Program-made: the position numbers and the translations under genes
Notes under the pieces: generated by a model
Database searches by the model: none
What the model saw: the letters and a program-made list of their open reading frames with translations, nothing else
Told to the model about the DNA's origin: nothing
Part shown: one piece after another, positions 13,924 to 29,433 of the stretch
How positions within the stretch are numbered: the stretch's first letter is position 1
Layout: every line of letters begins with the position of its first letter
NCBI RefSeq assembly: GCF_006345805.1
Contig: NC_043005.1
Coordinates: forward strand, 558,001 to 622,000
Direction: 5' to 3'
Origin: Octopus sinensis
Lineage: Eukaryota
Length of the DNA: 64,000 nt

Positions 13924-16900
13924 TAATACTGCAAGATAACAGAACACATGAGCAACGATGAACAAAGGAGATATAGCAATGAGGTACAGAAAGTGACGGT
14001 GTGGGAAGACGTCAGCAGCTGGGGAGCTGACCGGAACTTAGGGCTGACTGGAAGAGGAAGTAGTAGGAGTGACGCGCGCGCAGGCAGGGCAGCATTGGGC
14101 CTTTTCGATCGAGGAAGCCGAGCGAGTCGGACGTGTGAGCTCGTTGTCAAGGTAGGAGGAAAGCAGCTGCTATTTCTAGTGTTCGGGTCGGGCCGCGTGG
14201 AAGGGTGCATTACCACTGGAGAGGTCTCCGTCGACGAAGAGAAGGTAGGTGTCCTTATTTCAAATCTCCCGTATACGCCACAAGCAATTTCGGCACTCCA
14301 TATATGACGTCACCACGATGGCAGTGAAAATCAGGATCGCCAGCGACGTTATCAGACCCTTTAATGGTGAGGGCGATGTAGTGGCCTGGGTTCGTAAAAT
14401 CAGGCTGGTGGCGAGACGTTACGAGCGTGGAGACAGTCGACCAAGGCAGCGACGATTGTCGACTTGAAATCGGCATACTTGCAACTCCATGTGAGCGACA
14501 AACTGTGGTGATATGAGCTGGTGCGGTACAAGAGCCGGACGTACTGTTTAACCAAGCTGGGTTTGGGACTGAACTCCTCTCTGAAGATCATGGCGGCGGT
14601 GCTTAAGTCTGTCCTAGGGAAAGAGGCCAAGATTAGAAAGGCCACCAGTTCTTACATAACTACGGGGTAGTTAGACATCTGGAGAAGTTCGGACTGATTG
14701 CGAAGCCACCGGAGTCGATGGAAGGGGGAGCGCACAGCGTGCAGTTACACCAAGAGACGAGTGGAGGGGGAGAGTTGGGGCGACGAGGTGGGAGAAGGTG
14801 GCGATGATGCATGAAATCCTAGAGAGGCTGAGAGTGGAAGGCCCGGTCAGGGTGAACTGGTATGTGCCCAAGACGAAATGCGGGACCGTTTGGTGTGATG
14901 CTAGCAGTATAGCGATAGGGGTTGTGTTGGCGATCGAAGGTGCTGCGGTGGAGGACGCGGCCTGGCTTCAGAAAGTAGATGACTTCAACCACATCAATGT
15001 CAGCGAATTAGACGCGGTGCTGAAAGGGGTGAACTTGGCCCTGAAATGGAAGCTGCGCTCAATTGAAATCCGGACGGATTCAGCCACTGTGCTTGGCTGG
15101 GTAGGATTGGTGATCACCGGTGAAAGGAGAGTTCGGACGAAAGGTGCCGCGGATATGTTGGTGAAGCGTCGTCTAGGAGTTCTAGGAGAATTGATTGCCG
15201 AGTTCGGACTGAAGCTGAACGTGGTTTTCATGCCTTCGGAGAAAAACAGGGCAGACGCACTGACCAGGGTGAAAAGGGCGTGGTTGGAGGAACCGGAGAA
15301 GGCACAGAAAGGGATAGCTGCGGCGTCTCGGTTGGATGACTCCGAACTGAAGAGACTGTACGGTATGCATCACTTGGGTGTGGACGGGACTCTGTATCTC
15401 GTGAAGAAAATTGATGCTGACATTACGAGGAGAAGCATCCGGAAAGTGGTCGGGAGCTGTGACAGGTGTCAGTCCATCGACCCTGCTCCGTGTGGGCATG
15501 AACAGGGAAGCCTTTCGGTGGAGCACAACTGGAAAAGGCTAGCTGTGGATGTGATGCACTACTGTCAGGGAATGTATCTCTCCGTGGTCGACTGCGGGCC
15601 GGGCCGGCTGGCCATTTGGAGGGAGTTGAGATCGGACATTGCTGACGAGATTGCGCAGATTTTGAACGGGATATTTTTAGAGAGAGGTCCCGTGGAAGAA
15701 CTGCTAATGGACAACGGGGTGGCGTTTCGTTCGGAAGCATTGAGGGATATGCTCGACCGGTGGAAAGCGCGTCGCTTGTTCAGAGCAGCGTTTAGGCCGA
15801 GCGGTAACGGAATCGTGAGAAGCACCATCGGACAGTCAAGGCCATAGCGGAAAGAGGACACATTTCGCCGCTGGAAGCAGTTTTTTGGTACAATATGTCT
15901 CCCCGATCCGGAAAAGCTGAAGAATCTGTGCCGCACAGAGCTGTATTTAAATATGAATGGAGTCACCCGAGTAAAGCGCCGGAGGGCCACAAGGAAGTGA
16001 AGGGACCCGCTTGCGTGAAAATAAGGGAGGAAGTTTGGGTTAAGCCACCGAAGGCGCGCTGTTCGTCTCAATGGAGCAGAGGAATGGTGACGGTGGTCAA
16101 TTCCAGAAACAACGTCTCCGTGGATGGAATGCCACGACATGTCTTGGACCTTCGCAGGATTGTCGCTTCGTCAGACGACGATTGTGGAGAGGGGGAGAAC
16201 GAGGTGCCTAGCCTGAGAAGATCTCGACGCGCAAGGCGCCATCCCGGTTGGATGGTGGACTACAATATGGAGTAGAGAGATGGTGATCTTTAAGATCAGG
16301 GTGGCGTGTGGGATGAAGTCAGCAGCTGGGGAGCTGACCAGAAGAGGAAGGGGCAGGAGTGATGCGCGCGCAGGCAGGGCAGCATTGGGCCTTTTCGATT
16401 AGGGTAGCCGAGTGAGTTGGACGTGTGAGCTCGTTGTTAAGGTAGGGGAAAAGCAGCTGCTATTTCTAGTGTTCGGGTCGGGCCGCGTGGAAGGGTGCAT
16501 TACCACTGGGGAGGTCTCCGTCGACGAAGAGAAGGTAGGTGTCCTTATTTCAAATCTCCCGCATACGCCACAGGTTTCTCTGGGAGAGGCAGACTGGACA
16601 GAGAAAAAGGAAGAGATGGATGCTGGGAACAGGTGACAGTGTGCAAAGAGACGGAAAAGGTGACAGAGAAGAGAGAGAAAGAGAGAGAACAGAGGAAGGA
16701 AAAGAAAAGAACGAGGCAACAATAATTTAAACAGGATTGCGATATATCTGTGTTCGTGTATATGTTTCTGGGTGTGTGTGCGCACCCGCTCGTGCTCACG
16801 TATGCTCAACTATTAAGGTCGTCTGGACACCTCCCAGTGTAGACGCGCACATTTAACTTTGGACTGCATCCAGAATCAAACCATTCACCGAATGGAGGAG

Positions 16901-16982
16901 ACTTCACAAACCAATACTTCTCAAACTCTTTCCTTCCCAATATATTCTGTTGCTGCTGTTGCTGTTGCCGCTGCTGCTGCTG

Positions 16983-17030
<48 letters not shown>

Positions 17031-18326
17031 CCCCCCCCCGCAGTCTTTGTTCCGCTTCATCACCTCCATTTGAATCCATACTATTCTCACACAAACTCAC
17101 TGTCCACTCGTTCGTTTCCCCACGATAGCATCTTTCCTACTTTATCATACCACATTATCACATGTTATCGCATATTAACAGCTATTCTCCTAATATTGTA
17201 CATTGTTATAGATTAACACATTATTACTCGTTATTACACATTATCATATATTATCACATATTTTTTTTATTATTTATTATCACATATTAACCCATATTAA
17301 CACTATTAATGTTATCAACAAAAAAAAGAGAGAGAGAGAGAGAGAAACTTACTTTGTCTTTTAATAGCGGTGTCCTCAGCATCGATGGATAGTTTGCAGG
17401 GTAACCATATTCGTCATATTGTAGGAAATTAACAGCAGCATGTGACACACTGCAGGTGAAGATGATTACGGACACAATCCATTTCAAGTCCTCCTTTGAA
17501 GACACGTGACCCTTACCATCTTTCATTGGTAAACCCTTTAACAGACAATAGAAGATATTTTATATACAACTGTATTTAACTATTTAATGATATTAGGAAA
17601 AGTCTACATAATCGTTCGATCTGCTAAAATTAACAGCCTAATCTATTCAAATCACACATTGCTGCAGTGTTTCTCAAAACTCTTTGACTTCAGAATAAAC
17701 TTCGGATAAAAAAAAGGAATACTGATCCATTTCGCTTTGATTTTCTTTTTAAGTTGTAGATTTTCAAGAAATAGAAATTTTTTTTTTGTTAATCATACAA
17801 ATTTATGAAATTTAACTAAATTCTGAGTAATAAGTTCTTCAAGACATTCATTAATTGTATAGATTTTGTAAAGCATTGTATGATATTTTTTAAAATGTGC
17901 AAACCAAAAATTGAAGATCTTAGCCACATTCTTTTCTTTCCTACCCCAGGCACAAGGCCCACTTAGCCACATCATTGCCAGTTGTGAAAGTATGTCTTCT
18001 TGTTACTTTCTCCCTTTAAAAGAATTTATTCAATTTATTTCAACTTTTACTTAAGAACAATCGAAACCGACAACAGAGTTTAATGAAAGTGTAAATATTT
18101 TCTTTATTCTCTTTACTCTTTTATTTGTTTAAGTCATTTGACTGTGGCCATGCTGGAGCACCGCCTTTAGTCGAGCTAATCGACCCAATGACTTATTCTT
18201 TGTAAGCCTAGTACATATTCTATCGTTCTCTTTGCCGAACCACTAAGTTACGGGGACGTAAACACACCAACATCGGTTGTCAAGCAATGTTGGGGGGGAC
18301 AAACATAGACACACACATACATATAC

Positions 18327-18411
<85 letters not shown>

Positions 18412-20721
18412 TATCAAACAGTCCTGATATATTTTGTCATGTCTGTGGTTCATTTACCACCAAAGCCCAGCAACGTGCCATCACAAGTGAAATCAAGAAG
18501 ATCTACCAGTTATAATTTGGCTGCTCTCTTGGGAAACAAGATAAGAGTTGGGCCCCACACATCATCAGCTCAGCTTGTTCAAATGGACCAAGGGATTGGC
18601 TAAATAAGAGGAAGAGAGCAATGCCATTTGCAATACCTATGATATGGAGAGAGCCAAAGGATCGTTTCTTGGACTGTTATTTCTGCAACGTTAATGTATG
18701 TGGGTTTACTGTAAAGACCAAGCATAAGATTGTGTATCCCAACTTGGAATCAGCAAGAACACCAGCAAGATGAAGATCTTCTTATTCCAATACCACCAGA
18801 AAATGGCCTTCAGATGTTTGACGAAGGCGTATTTCCTGAAGAAAATACTACTGCTGTGGAAGAGACCGAAGTGGATGCAGATTTCATGAGTGAAAATGAA
18901 GACGTAACACAGAAATGTTCTCAAGGAGAGTTAAATGATTTAGTTAGAGACTTGCCATTGTCGAAGGATAAAGTTGAACTTGGCTACAAGAAAAGTGTCT
19001 GCTTAAGAAAGATGTTTGTATTACTCATTTCAGGAAGAGAAATAGGGATCTGACTTCATGCTTCTCTGTTGATGTTTCAGTAATAACAATGATGAGTTAT
19101 TTCGCTGTTTGTTCCAAGAGCATGTTCCAGCCGAATGGCGCTTATTCATGATTCATCTAAGAGAATCCTCAAGGCAGTACTACTACACACTGGCAATAAG
19201 AAACCATCCATTCCCATAGGACATTCAGTGCACGTGAAGGAGTGTTATGAAAACATGCAAGTACTCCTCAATGCCATAAAGTATACAAACTACAGCTGGA
19301 AAATATGTGGAGACTTGAAGGTGATTGGAATGTTGATGGGAATGCAATTTGGGTTCACCAAATATTGTTGCTTTTTATGCCTATGGGACAGTCGTGAAAC
19401 TAACAAGCACTATGTGCAATCAGAGTGACCTTTGCGAAAATCATATGAGCAGGGAGTCTCTAGCGTCCCGAGTAAGCCATTGTAAACCCAGAAAATGTTC
19501 TTCTCCTTCTTCACATAAAGCTTCGCCTCATGAAACAATTCATGAAGACACTTACCAGAAAAAGCTCAAAAGGTTTTGAATATGTGAAGGTTAAATTTTC
19601 AAAAATCCCCGAGGCAAAACTGAAGGAGGGCATATTCATAGGTCCACAGATAAAAGAACTCCTGAATGACAACCACTTCCTCACAGCACTGGATGAGATT
19701 AAGCTTAAAGCCTGGGAATCTTTCAAATGGCTCTGTGAAAATTTCCCAGGCAACAAGAGATCTCTAGAGTTTAGAAATGGAGTGAAATGTCTTCTAGACT
19801 CCAACACTGCAATGGACTGTCGGATCTCCATTTCCTTGATTCTGGACTTTTTTGCAGGGAACCTTGGAGCAGTGTTTGATGAGATGGGGAACGCTTTCAT
19901 CAAGATATTGCATCGATGGAACATCGATATCAAGGATTTTGGAATGCAGGAATGTTAGCTGACTACTGTTGGATGTTATACAGGGATGAACCAGAGACAA
20001 AACAACATAGAAAGTCCAAATCCCAAAGATTTTAAGTTGTTATGCATTTGAGTGTATTCTAAATTATTTTTACACAATAATTTTAATTTTGTACAATAAA
20101 AAGCCATGAAACCATCGTATCTTGTATTCAATATACTTTATATAGACATGCTTTACGTATCCTATAAGTTAAAAGAGCAGGCATCATTAACATGAAAATG
20201 TGACCTGACAGAGGAAATCGGACTTCAGATTCGTAACCAGCATCAAAATTTAACCCAGAAAAGTTAATCAGCAACTCTGATGATTAAAAAAGGTTTCATT
20301 TTGTTGACCAGTGTATTCTAGATAGTTGCTTGGCTAACCAGAAACAGCAGTCAAATCTCCTTCTAATCGCACACTTACGCTTCAATCTTAATGAATCTCT
20401 CCACCAATTTTGTCCTATTCTTCTTTATAATTTGATTCATATCCAAAATGTTTTATAGAGATTCTAATTCGCACCAACACCAACAACAAGTAGTTGACGA
20501 CTATATTGTGTAATCCACTCCTAAGATAATTAAAAGTTAAGGTGGCCTCCATAGGATTTGAATTCAGATCATTAAGGACCAAAAATAAAAAATAAAAACA
20601 CCAAGGTATATTTTCTGTTATTCTAATGATTTTACAATCCACTGTAAAAAGAAAAGCAAAAAACAAAAAAAAAAAGTATTTAACAAATGAAACTAAAGAG
20701 CCATTACGGGACTAAGCAACG

Positions 20722-20760
<39 letters not shown>

Positions 20761-21048
20761 ACAGCAACAAGATTTTACTTTGTATAGAATTATGAACAGG
20801 AAATACCTTCAATCCACCTCTGCTTGGCACGGACATATTTTCTACCCAATCCTGCAACTCTCCGTCCCCATCAACAACTTCATCATTTTCTGAAATTATA
20901 AATAAATGGGGAATACGATTGTTAGTCGCAGTCAGTTGCAGGAGAGAACTGACACGTTCCTCTCAACTCCTCAGGTGTATGAAGCAGTTGGCCTCCTACA
21001 AAAATTTCTCAGTCAATTCCCGATTCTTTCCACACATTTTTGGTAGTG

Positions 21049-21119
<71 letters not shown>

Positions 21120-23433
21120 TAATGAATTAAAAGCAGCACTAGTGTTGTGAACATTATCGACCGCACATACTCAATGGATGTGTTTTGCTTGCTCACTGGT
21201 ACGCTCTGACATAGCGCTGTGGGGACGACTCCCTCTTAACACTGAGTGAAAACCACTGAAAGTCATAGACAGGCGAGACAACTCGTCCCCCGATCGCATT
21301 CAGGAGCGATGGCTGCTGATATTTCGCCATTTCTGTAGTTTATCAATATAACGGACCCGAATTGGACCAGAGACAAGGAATATGAGTGTACAGATGAAAG
21401 AAAGATGCACTCAACACGGCTGGTTGGAGTTGTATGTATTTTATAACATTTACACTCAGCTCTACATCACTTACAATTTGTGATTGTAGAACACGTGCAC
21501 ATCCTGAGATGTTCGGAGACAGAGTAGAGGAATTTTTAAAAGATTTAGAAAACTTCGAGGTGAGATTGTTTAGGCTTCCGTTGGCCTGTCACCTTAGAAA
21601 AAAATGGTGAAAGCAATGTTTTCGTCATAGACGTCAGCGAATCTTTGGACCGTGTCTGGTATGCAGAATCCTCTCGCCTAAGATTTCCACCAGGCTCTCA
21701 TCTCTTGGATCGGTAGTTTTCTATCAGATCACATTAATGTGAGGGACGAAACCGGATATGGACGGGGACGGCTTTGACTTGTTTGGGTGAGTAACCGTAC
21801 CGTTTTAAGTAATTTGACCGTGTGCTGGACCTGATTCTGTGACTGCACACCCGTTAGAGATTGAAGAATTTGGGAGAAGCGAATGAGATGTTGGGAGTTG
21901 ATGATAAGGTATGATGAGGCAAAGACCAAGAGAGAGGAAACAGTAAAATTAAAGAGAGCAGAAGAACTGAGGATGGAGTGTGTGTGTGTAGGGGGGTGAG
22001 TAGATGGAGAGAGAGAGAGAGAGAGAGAAAGTGAGAGAGAGAGCTGTTCAGGAGCTTAGAGATTTCAGAGATAACAGAGTGAATTCGAGAGAGTTAAGTA
22101 AGGAGAAAAGAGGACAAAAGAAACAAAGGAATCGAGTTGTAATCGAGAGAGAGAGAGAGAGAGAAGGATGGCAACGAGCTATTGTAACTAAATTTCTGGT
22201 ATTTCTTTTGTCCAATACTGTGTTGACTCCTCATCTCCCATCCATTTCTATTTATATCTTATAAATAAGATGAATGAATAAACGAATATAATTACCATAG
22301 TGGAGATCTATATAGCTGGACACGTACTTATATACACAGTCGTACAATAAAAGCGAATCATCTCTGAAATAGTATTTGGGCAAAACTTTCGGATCGTCAA
22401 CCTGAAATATGAAAGCAAAGAGTGATATCTTCATAGATAAAACGTGCCAGACAAATGTTTTCTTTTTATGCTTCATTAACCTTGCTGAGGAATTGTTTAT
22501 TAATAATGAAACCTCATGCCAAGTTGCCTAAGAGACTGACTGCGTCTTGCTTTCACGTAGAACGAAATCCTTTATGAATATGTATTTGTGTATTCATTGA
22601 GTTTGCAAGCGTTGAGTGTATGGAATAACGTTTCATGTACCCCAGGATAGATGTGCATATGATATATAACTTACGTATTACAACCCAGAAATATATGTGT
22701 ATGTGCTTATATCATATGTACGAAAATACTGGAGTCAGCTGAAGAGTTCATAGACTGATCAAGATGGTCTCATGGAATGTGACCAAATGAGGTGTATTTT
22801 TCAAGATGTCCTCCTTGCAGTCCACACACTTCTTCCATCGGCGTTGCAGTGCTTGGATCTCATTGGTTGAGAAGCTTTCATCCGACTGGTAAAAATAAAA
22901 TGTCATCAACAGCAGATATGATGTCATCAACGTTGCGATACTGGTTCCGAGGCAAGTGTTTTATCAGATGAAAGTCAGATGGGATCCAAATGATAGAATG
23001 AGGATGGAGAGAGTGATCAATCAGTTCAAAGCCACAATGACGCATAGCAACCATTGAAACCAAAGACTTGTCTTGATGACCACTTTCACCAAACCAAAAT
23101 AATAATAATAATTACTCATTTACGAAGACGACGAACTGGCAGACTCGTTAGCACGTCGGGCGAAATGCTTAGCAGTATTCCGTCCGTATTCATGTTCTGA
23201 GTTCAAATTCTGCCGAGATCGACTTTGCCTTTCATCCTTTCGGGGTCGATAAATTAAGCACCAGTGAAACACTGGGGTCGATATAATCGACTAGTCTCCT
23301 CCCCCAAAATTTCAGACCATGTGTCTATAGTAGAACGGATTATTTTGGGAAGATTGATTTAATTGAAGCTAATGAAACAATTGCAAGCTAAACAATAAAC
23401 GGCGTTTGATAACTTTTTTCTTTGATGTTCTTT

Positions 23434-23477
<44 letters not shown>

Positions 23478-25229
23478 TACGCTGGTGTTTTGTGGACTTT
23501 CGGATTGCAAGTGTAACGTGCTCCAGAGGGATATCTCCACTTTCCAACTTCCATATAGCCACCATTAATACAAGTTCTTCATGAGGAAAATGCCGGGATT
23601 ACACAGCGACATATAAATAAGAATACAAAGCTGGCTCTTTACAAATCATTTGTCTTACTGTCCCTGTTGTATTCTTGTGAAACATGGACTTGTTATAAAA
23701 GGCATTTTAAACTGTTAGAACAATTCCACCAGAAATGCCTTCATCGCATTTAAAAAATTAAATGGAGTTCTTTTACTCCAAACACAGATGTTCTTGTTTC
23801 TGCAGGCATCACCCCAATTAAAGCTATGATTTTGAGGAACCAACTGAAATGGTGTGGCCATATTGTTCAATGAAAGATGAACGCATGCCGAAACAGCTGT
23901 TTTATGGTGAGCTTGCAGAGGGGAAACGCTATCGACATAAACCTAAAAAAAAAGGACTACTATGAAGTTACTTGGAATGGTTCCAGAAGATATAGAAACC
24001 CTTGCTTCGGATCGAGTTGGATGGCGAACAAAGGTGTGGAGTAGAGTGAAAGCATTTGAAGAGGCCAGGATAACACAAGTAAGACTCAAAAGAGGTCCAA
24101 GGAAGGATGTCACGATCGAGACGGTGAATCACAATGTCTTTCTTTTGTGCTGGGCTCAGATCTCATTTGCGAACTCATGGAAAACGAACCTCTACCAACT
24201 ATTCTGCCTATATGTCTGTGCACACCTTTGAATGCAATGTATGCCTGAAGGTTTACAAATCCAACGGAGGATTCAAAAGACATTTGAGGATCCACAAAGA
24301 TTAGAATTTAACTGCAGCTCTTGGTGGTCCAAATCAGAGGTGCAATCTAGGTGGGTGTCTTTTCAGAACACTGTCTGGTTTAAAAAGCTACATCAGACAC
24401 CATGATGGACCTAAGGTGTCTATACAGAATGTGATCAGACTCTGCATAAGGAGTAGACACCCACCATATATATATATTTATAAATACACACACACACACA
24501 CACATACATTCATACACACATGTGTGTGTTTGTATGTATGTATATATAAATACATACATGCATATACACACACACATACACATATGTATATGTATAGTCT
24601 GAGTATCCTGTCGTTGCCGGATAATTTTCGCAATAGAATGCCTTGGCGGACTTTTGAAATAGCATAAGTTGGATTTTCTCCCTTTTCTCGTTTTTTTTTA
24701 ATGAAAATTTATGAACCTTCCTTCTTCCTCCCATTCAGGATCGATTTTGGCCATTGCGTTTTTTGCACAATGCACTTAAAACATGCGATAAGAGAAGCCT
24801 TGATGGTTGAAAAAAATGGAATTCGGTGATTATCTTTACAATTCCCACTTCCTTTATTTTCAAAGAGAAAATGAAACGTAATTTTAATAAATAGTGAAAT
24901 TCTTTCATTAAGAATATACTCTAAAATTTCGGGGTTTTTTTTCCCAAAAATATTGTTTAATCATATTTTTAAAATACGAACAGTGTGAATCTGTAATTTG
25001 TTTCCGTTTATAATTTCAAATCAATTTCCAGAGGAAAAAGTTGATTTTAAGGGAGAATTAGCAGTTGTTTCGTGAACATCCCACGGGTACCTTGATATCT
25101 TCTTTGTTTCTTTGTCATTCTGACATGTATTGATGTTTTTCAGTATTCTTCACTCCCCAAAAACACATTTTATGAAATGATAAAGCAATGATCTATTGCT
25201 AAGATGTAAGCAACAACAAAAAATTGTAA

Positions 25230-25266
<37 letters not shown>

Positions 25267-27850
25267 CGCACGCTCGCTTCAGTAAGAAAAAGCATTTACT
25301 AACAGAAAAGCATGTTATTAAAGTAAGTTATCTTTTAAATACCTTTTTAAATCAATGTTGACCTAATGAAGCTCCTTACTCATGTGCATACACCCACACA
25401 CTCAGCGTGAGCGATATAATTTTATAGAGAGTGAGAAAGTTTATCATGAGAAAATGAAAGATGAATTTCGAAATTTTTAAAATTAAGTGAAAAATTTCAA
25501 ATTTGGTATATTGTACTTTTTCACGACGAATCCAAGTTCGTGATTCGTTTATTCCTGAAAGATCTTAGTAAAGTGTTACAGAGGTTTAAAGTTTCATAAT
25601 TTTAATCTAATGGGAAAACAGAATTTGGAAGCTAAGCATTTTTTGTGTGATAAATTGTGTATCATAAAATGAAAGTGAGCATTAGAAGACCAGGTTTTAA
25701 ACAAAATGAAGGCTATGTGTGAGAATTAATAGATATACGAGTAAGAGTGAGTATCAAAGAGCATGGTAAATACAGATAGATTGATGGAGATAGAGACTGG
25801 GAGAATTGTCGATCTAAAAGTCGAGTTATTTCTCATAGAAAATTACATTTTTTAATTATTATTAACGGACAGCATTGTCTTTGGGATGCAGATTTTGAAA
25901 ATGAAATTAATTTTTCTAAAAGATGCAGTGTTTTAGAGCCTTCTAGGGCTAAACACACATACACTTGCATTGTATTTTTTACACATACACACACACATAT
26001 ATATATATGTGTGTGTATAGATATTTCTATATAAGAAGTTTGTAATTTAATGTGTCTCGCTGCAAAGGATAATAGAAAGGAAAGTTCAATAGTCTGCAAG
26101 TGAAGTCAGCGCACGCTTCTCCAAAGACGTGTTTTACTGGCAACAACAAGTCCAATTTAAAAATACTAGGATCATTTGAAGAGTACAGTTCTTTGATTCA
26201 CTCCGACCATTTTGAAGCGGGAGCAACAATGAACAGCATCAATTATACCCAGAGAAAATAGTAATCATCGGAATTCTCTTGATTAGATATGTGCATGGCA
26301 GGGGTTAACCTGACGTTAAACAACACCTCAGGTGTGTTTGATCTGCCAGAGAGATGTAAGAAACGTGCATAGCGAAAACTGCAAGAAACGTACAAAGTGA
26401 AAAATGTAAGAAATGTTTCACGTACGTTATACAATGTAGTCTTAGATTATTCTAAGTAGAATGAATAATTAGAGAGAGAATACTTCGAAGAATGATCGTG
26501 AATCTGTCGCCTCAATGAAGATTTACCTGGGGTTAAACCAACATAATAAGCAACAAAAGAATTACTTACTTTTCGGTTTGCAAAATCATTAGCAGGAATT
26601 CCATCTCGATAAAAGTCCCATTCTTGTAGTCTGAAAAAAGTATATATGCATGTGTATATGTAAATATTATAACAGTATGTTATAAAAATATTTTTGCTAT
26701 TCCTGAAAATTATTCTTCCAAGCACTTGAAAGACTGTTGAAAAGTAGTGGATACCTACCAGGTATAAAACCGAACCTGAATCAAACAATAATAATAATGA
26801 TAATCTTTTCTGCTGAAGGCAGAATGTCTGGAATTTTGGGAGAGGGGACTAAGCGATTACATCGACCCCGGTGTTTCACTGGTACTTAATTTATCGACCC
26901 TGAAAGGTGAAAAGCTAAATTGACTTCGGTGGAATTTCAACTCAGAATGTAAAGACGGACGAAATTCTGCTAAGCATATCACCCGGCATGCTAACGATTC
27001 TGCCAGCTCGCCGCATTAATAAGAAGAAAAGAAGAAGAAGAAGAAGAAGAAGAAGAAGAAGAAGAAGAAGAAGAAGAAGAAGAAGAAGAAGAAGAAGAAG
27101 AAGAAGAAGAAGAAGAAGAAGAAGAAATACAACAAAAGCTATAAAACAAATGAAATCGAAACTAAAACTAGCACAACAACGGACCATGATAAAACGATGG
27201 CAAGAAAAACTAAATGCAAAAGAAATAGATAAAGAAAAATCCCAGGATTGGTTGAGAAGCTCAGGACTCAAAGCAGAGACGGAAGGATTTTTAATTGCAG
27301 CACAAGACCAAAGCCTCCCCACCAGAAATTACCAAAAACATGTAATGAAAAGAAATATGACAAGTAACTGCAGAATATGTGGAGATGGACAAGAAACAAT
27401 AAATCATATTATCTCTGGCTGCCCAGTCCTGGCTAGGAAGGAATATATTCACAGACATGACAGAGTTGGGACCTACATACACTGGAAGCTATGCTAACAT
27501 TATGGAATAACAACAGAAAAAAGATGGTATAGGCACACTCCAGAGAAGGTCACAGAAAACGAGACGAGAAAGCAACCATACTCTGGGATATGCCAATACA
27601 CACAGATAGAGAAATTAAGGCCAATAGGCCAGATATAGTTGTTAGAGATCATGAAGAAAAAATGCTTTCTAATTGATGTATCAATACCAGCAGATGACAG
27701 TGTCTCTAAAAGAAATGGAGAAACTCTCAAAATACAAGGACCTGGAAATAGAGGTAACCCGAATGTGGAATCTAAAAACAGAAACAATTCCTATCATAGT
27801 AGGCGCATTAGGTAATATAAAAAATAAAAATAAAAAAAATAATAATAATA

Positions 27851-27891
<41 letters not shown>

Positions 27892-29371
27892 ATGTTATTG
27901 CAGAGTAAGAGCAATACTCAAGACAGAGCTGAATGTGAGAAACAGGATCGAAGCGATCAATGCTTTAGCCAAACCAGTTGTGCCTTACAGTTTCAATATT
28001 GTTACCTAGTCAATTACTAAAATATGTAATCTTGACAGAAAAATACGAAAATTGTTGACAATGCATAGAATGCACCACCCTAAGGCAGATATAGAACGAC
28101 TTTATCTGCCAAGAAAAGAGGGAGGCCGTGGACTTTTACAACTGGAAATAACAACGAAGATTGCTGCAATTGGCCTAGACACCTACCTGAAAAACTTTGA
28201 GGACTGGATGTTAAAACTTGTCTCAAAACATGAAAACAAGAAAGCATCATACTCCGTAACAAAACAGGTAAAGGAATATCTAAGTGAATTCCGAATACAA
28301 CAAATTTCGGAATTAGACATACAAGAAACAAGCACAGAAAAAGCTAAGCGCATGAAAACCCGTGCTAAAACTGCTGCTTTAGATATTCTGAATGATTAAT
28401 GGCAAGAAAAACCTCTCTATGGCAAATACCCAAAGAGAGCGAATAATGCAGATGTTGACAAAGCCCTGACCCATCAATGGCTAATGGCCTCTCGCTTAAA
28501 ATCTGAAACAGAAGGGTTTATCATAGCAGCTCAAGATCAATGCCTACCAACAAGGAACTATCAGGCCAACATATTAAAGAACGGCAGTAGCCCAACATGT
28601 CGTGTATGTCAACAACAAAATGAAACCATTGATCATGTTGTCTCCAAGTGCAGTCTTCTAGCGCCTACAGAGTATCTCAACAGGCATGATAGAGCTGCAC
28701 AATATATTCACTGGGTAATTTGCAAAAACCTGGATTTGCCCCATGAAAAAAACTGGTGGGAACACAATCCACCTCCTGTGCTTGAAAATGACCACATCTC
28801 ACTCCTCTGGAACTTCACCATTCAAACTGACAGGAAGATAGATGCAAATAGGCCAGACATCATATTGAAAGACTTCAGACAAAGAAAATGCCTCCTCATT
28901 GATATGACTGCCCCAATCGATATAAACGTATCTGTCAAGACCTACCAAAAACTGAGCAAATATAAAGATCTTGAAATAGAAATCAGCAAAATGTGGAAAC
29001 TGAAGACTAAAACAATACCTGTTGTTATAGGTGCCCCGGGAATGATAGCAAAAGGGGCTGATTGCTACCTAACTCAGATACCAGGAAACCCAAAAATGGC
29101 AGAAATTCAAAAGATAATGCTCATGGGAACTGCTCATATCCTACGCAAAATACTTTCTATATAATCTCAAGTTTTAAAACAAACATAATTTTCGTATGTT
29201 TTTTTTTAGACATTCACTAGTAAAACACTAAATACAAAACCAAATATATGGCACACTAGGCATAACAACAACAGGAACTTCCAACCTGTTGTCTCTTGAG
29301 GTCTCTGGGTAAGACTTGGAGCCAACTTGTACAAATGTAAAGCAAAAGTCAAACATAGAATAATGATGATG

Positions 29372-29433
<62 letters not shown>

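Noticed and set aside
20723-20770. (CAG/CAA)n poly-Gln ORF
   Set aside because: Intronic repeat on the strand opposite the gene, next to exon i
23125-23230. tRNA-like heads with A/B-box patterns in the SINEs
   Set aside because: They continue into SINE bodies and lack a full cloverleaf; not called as tRNA genes
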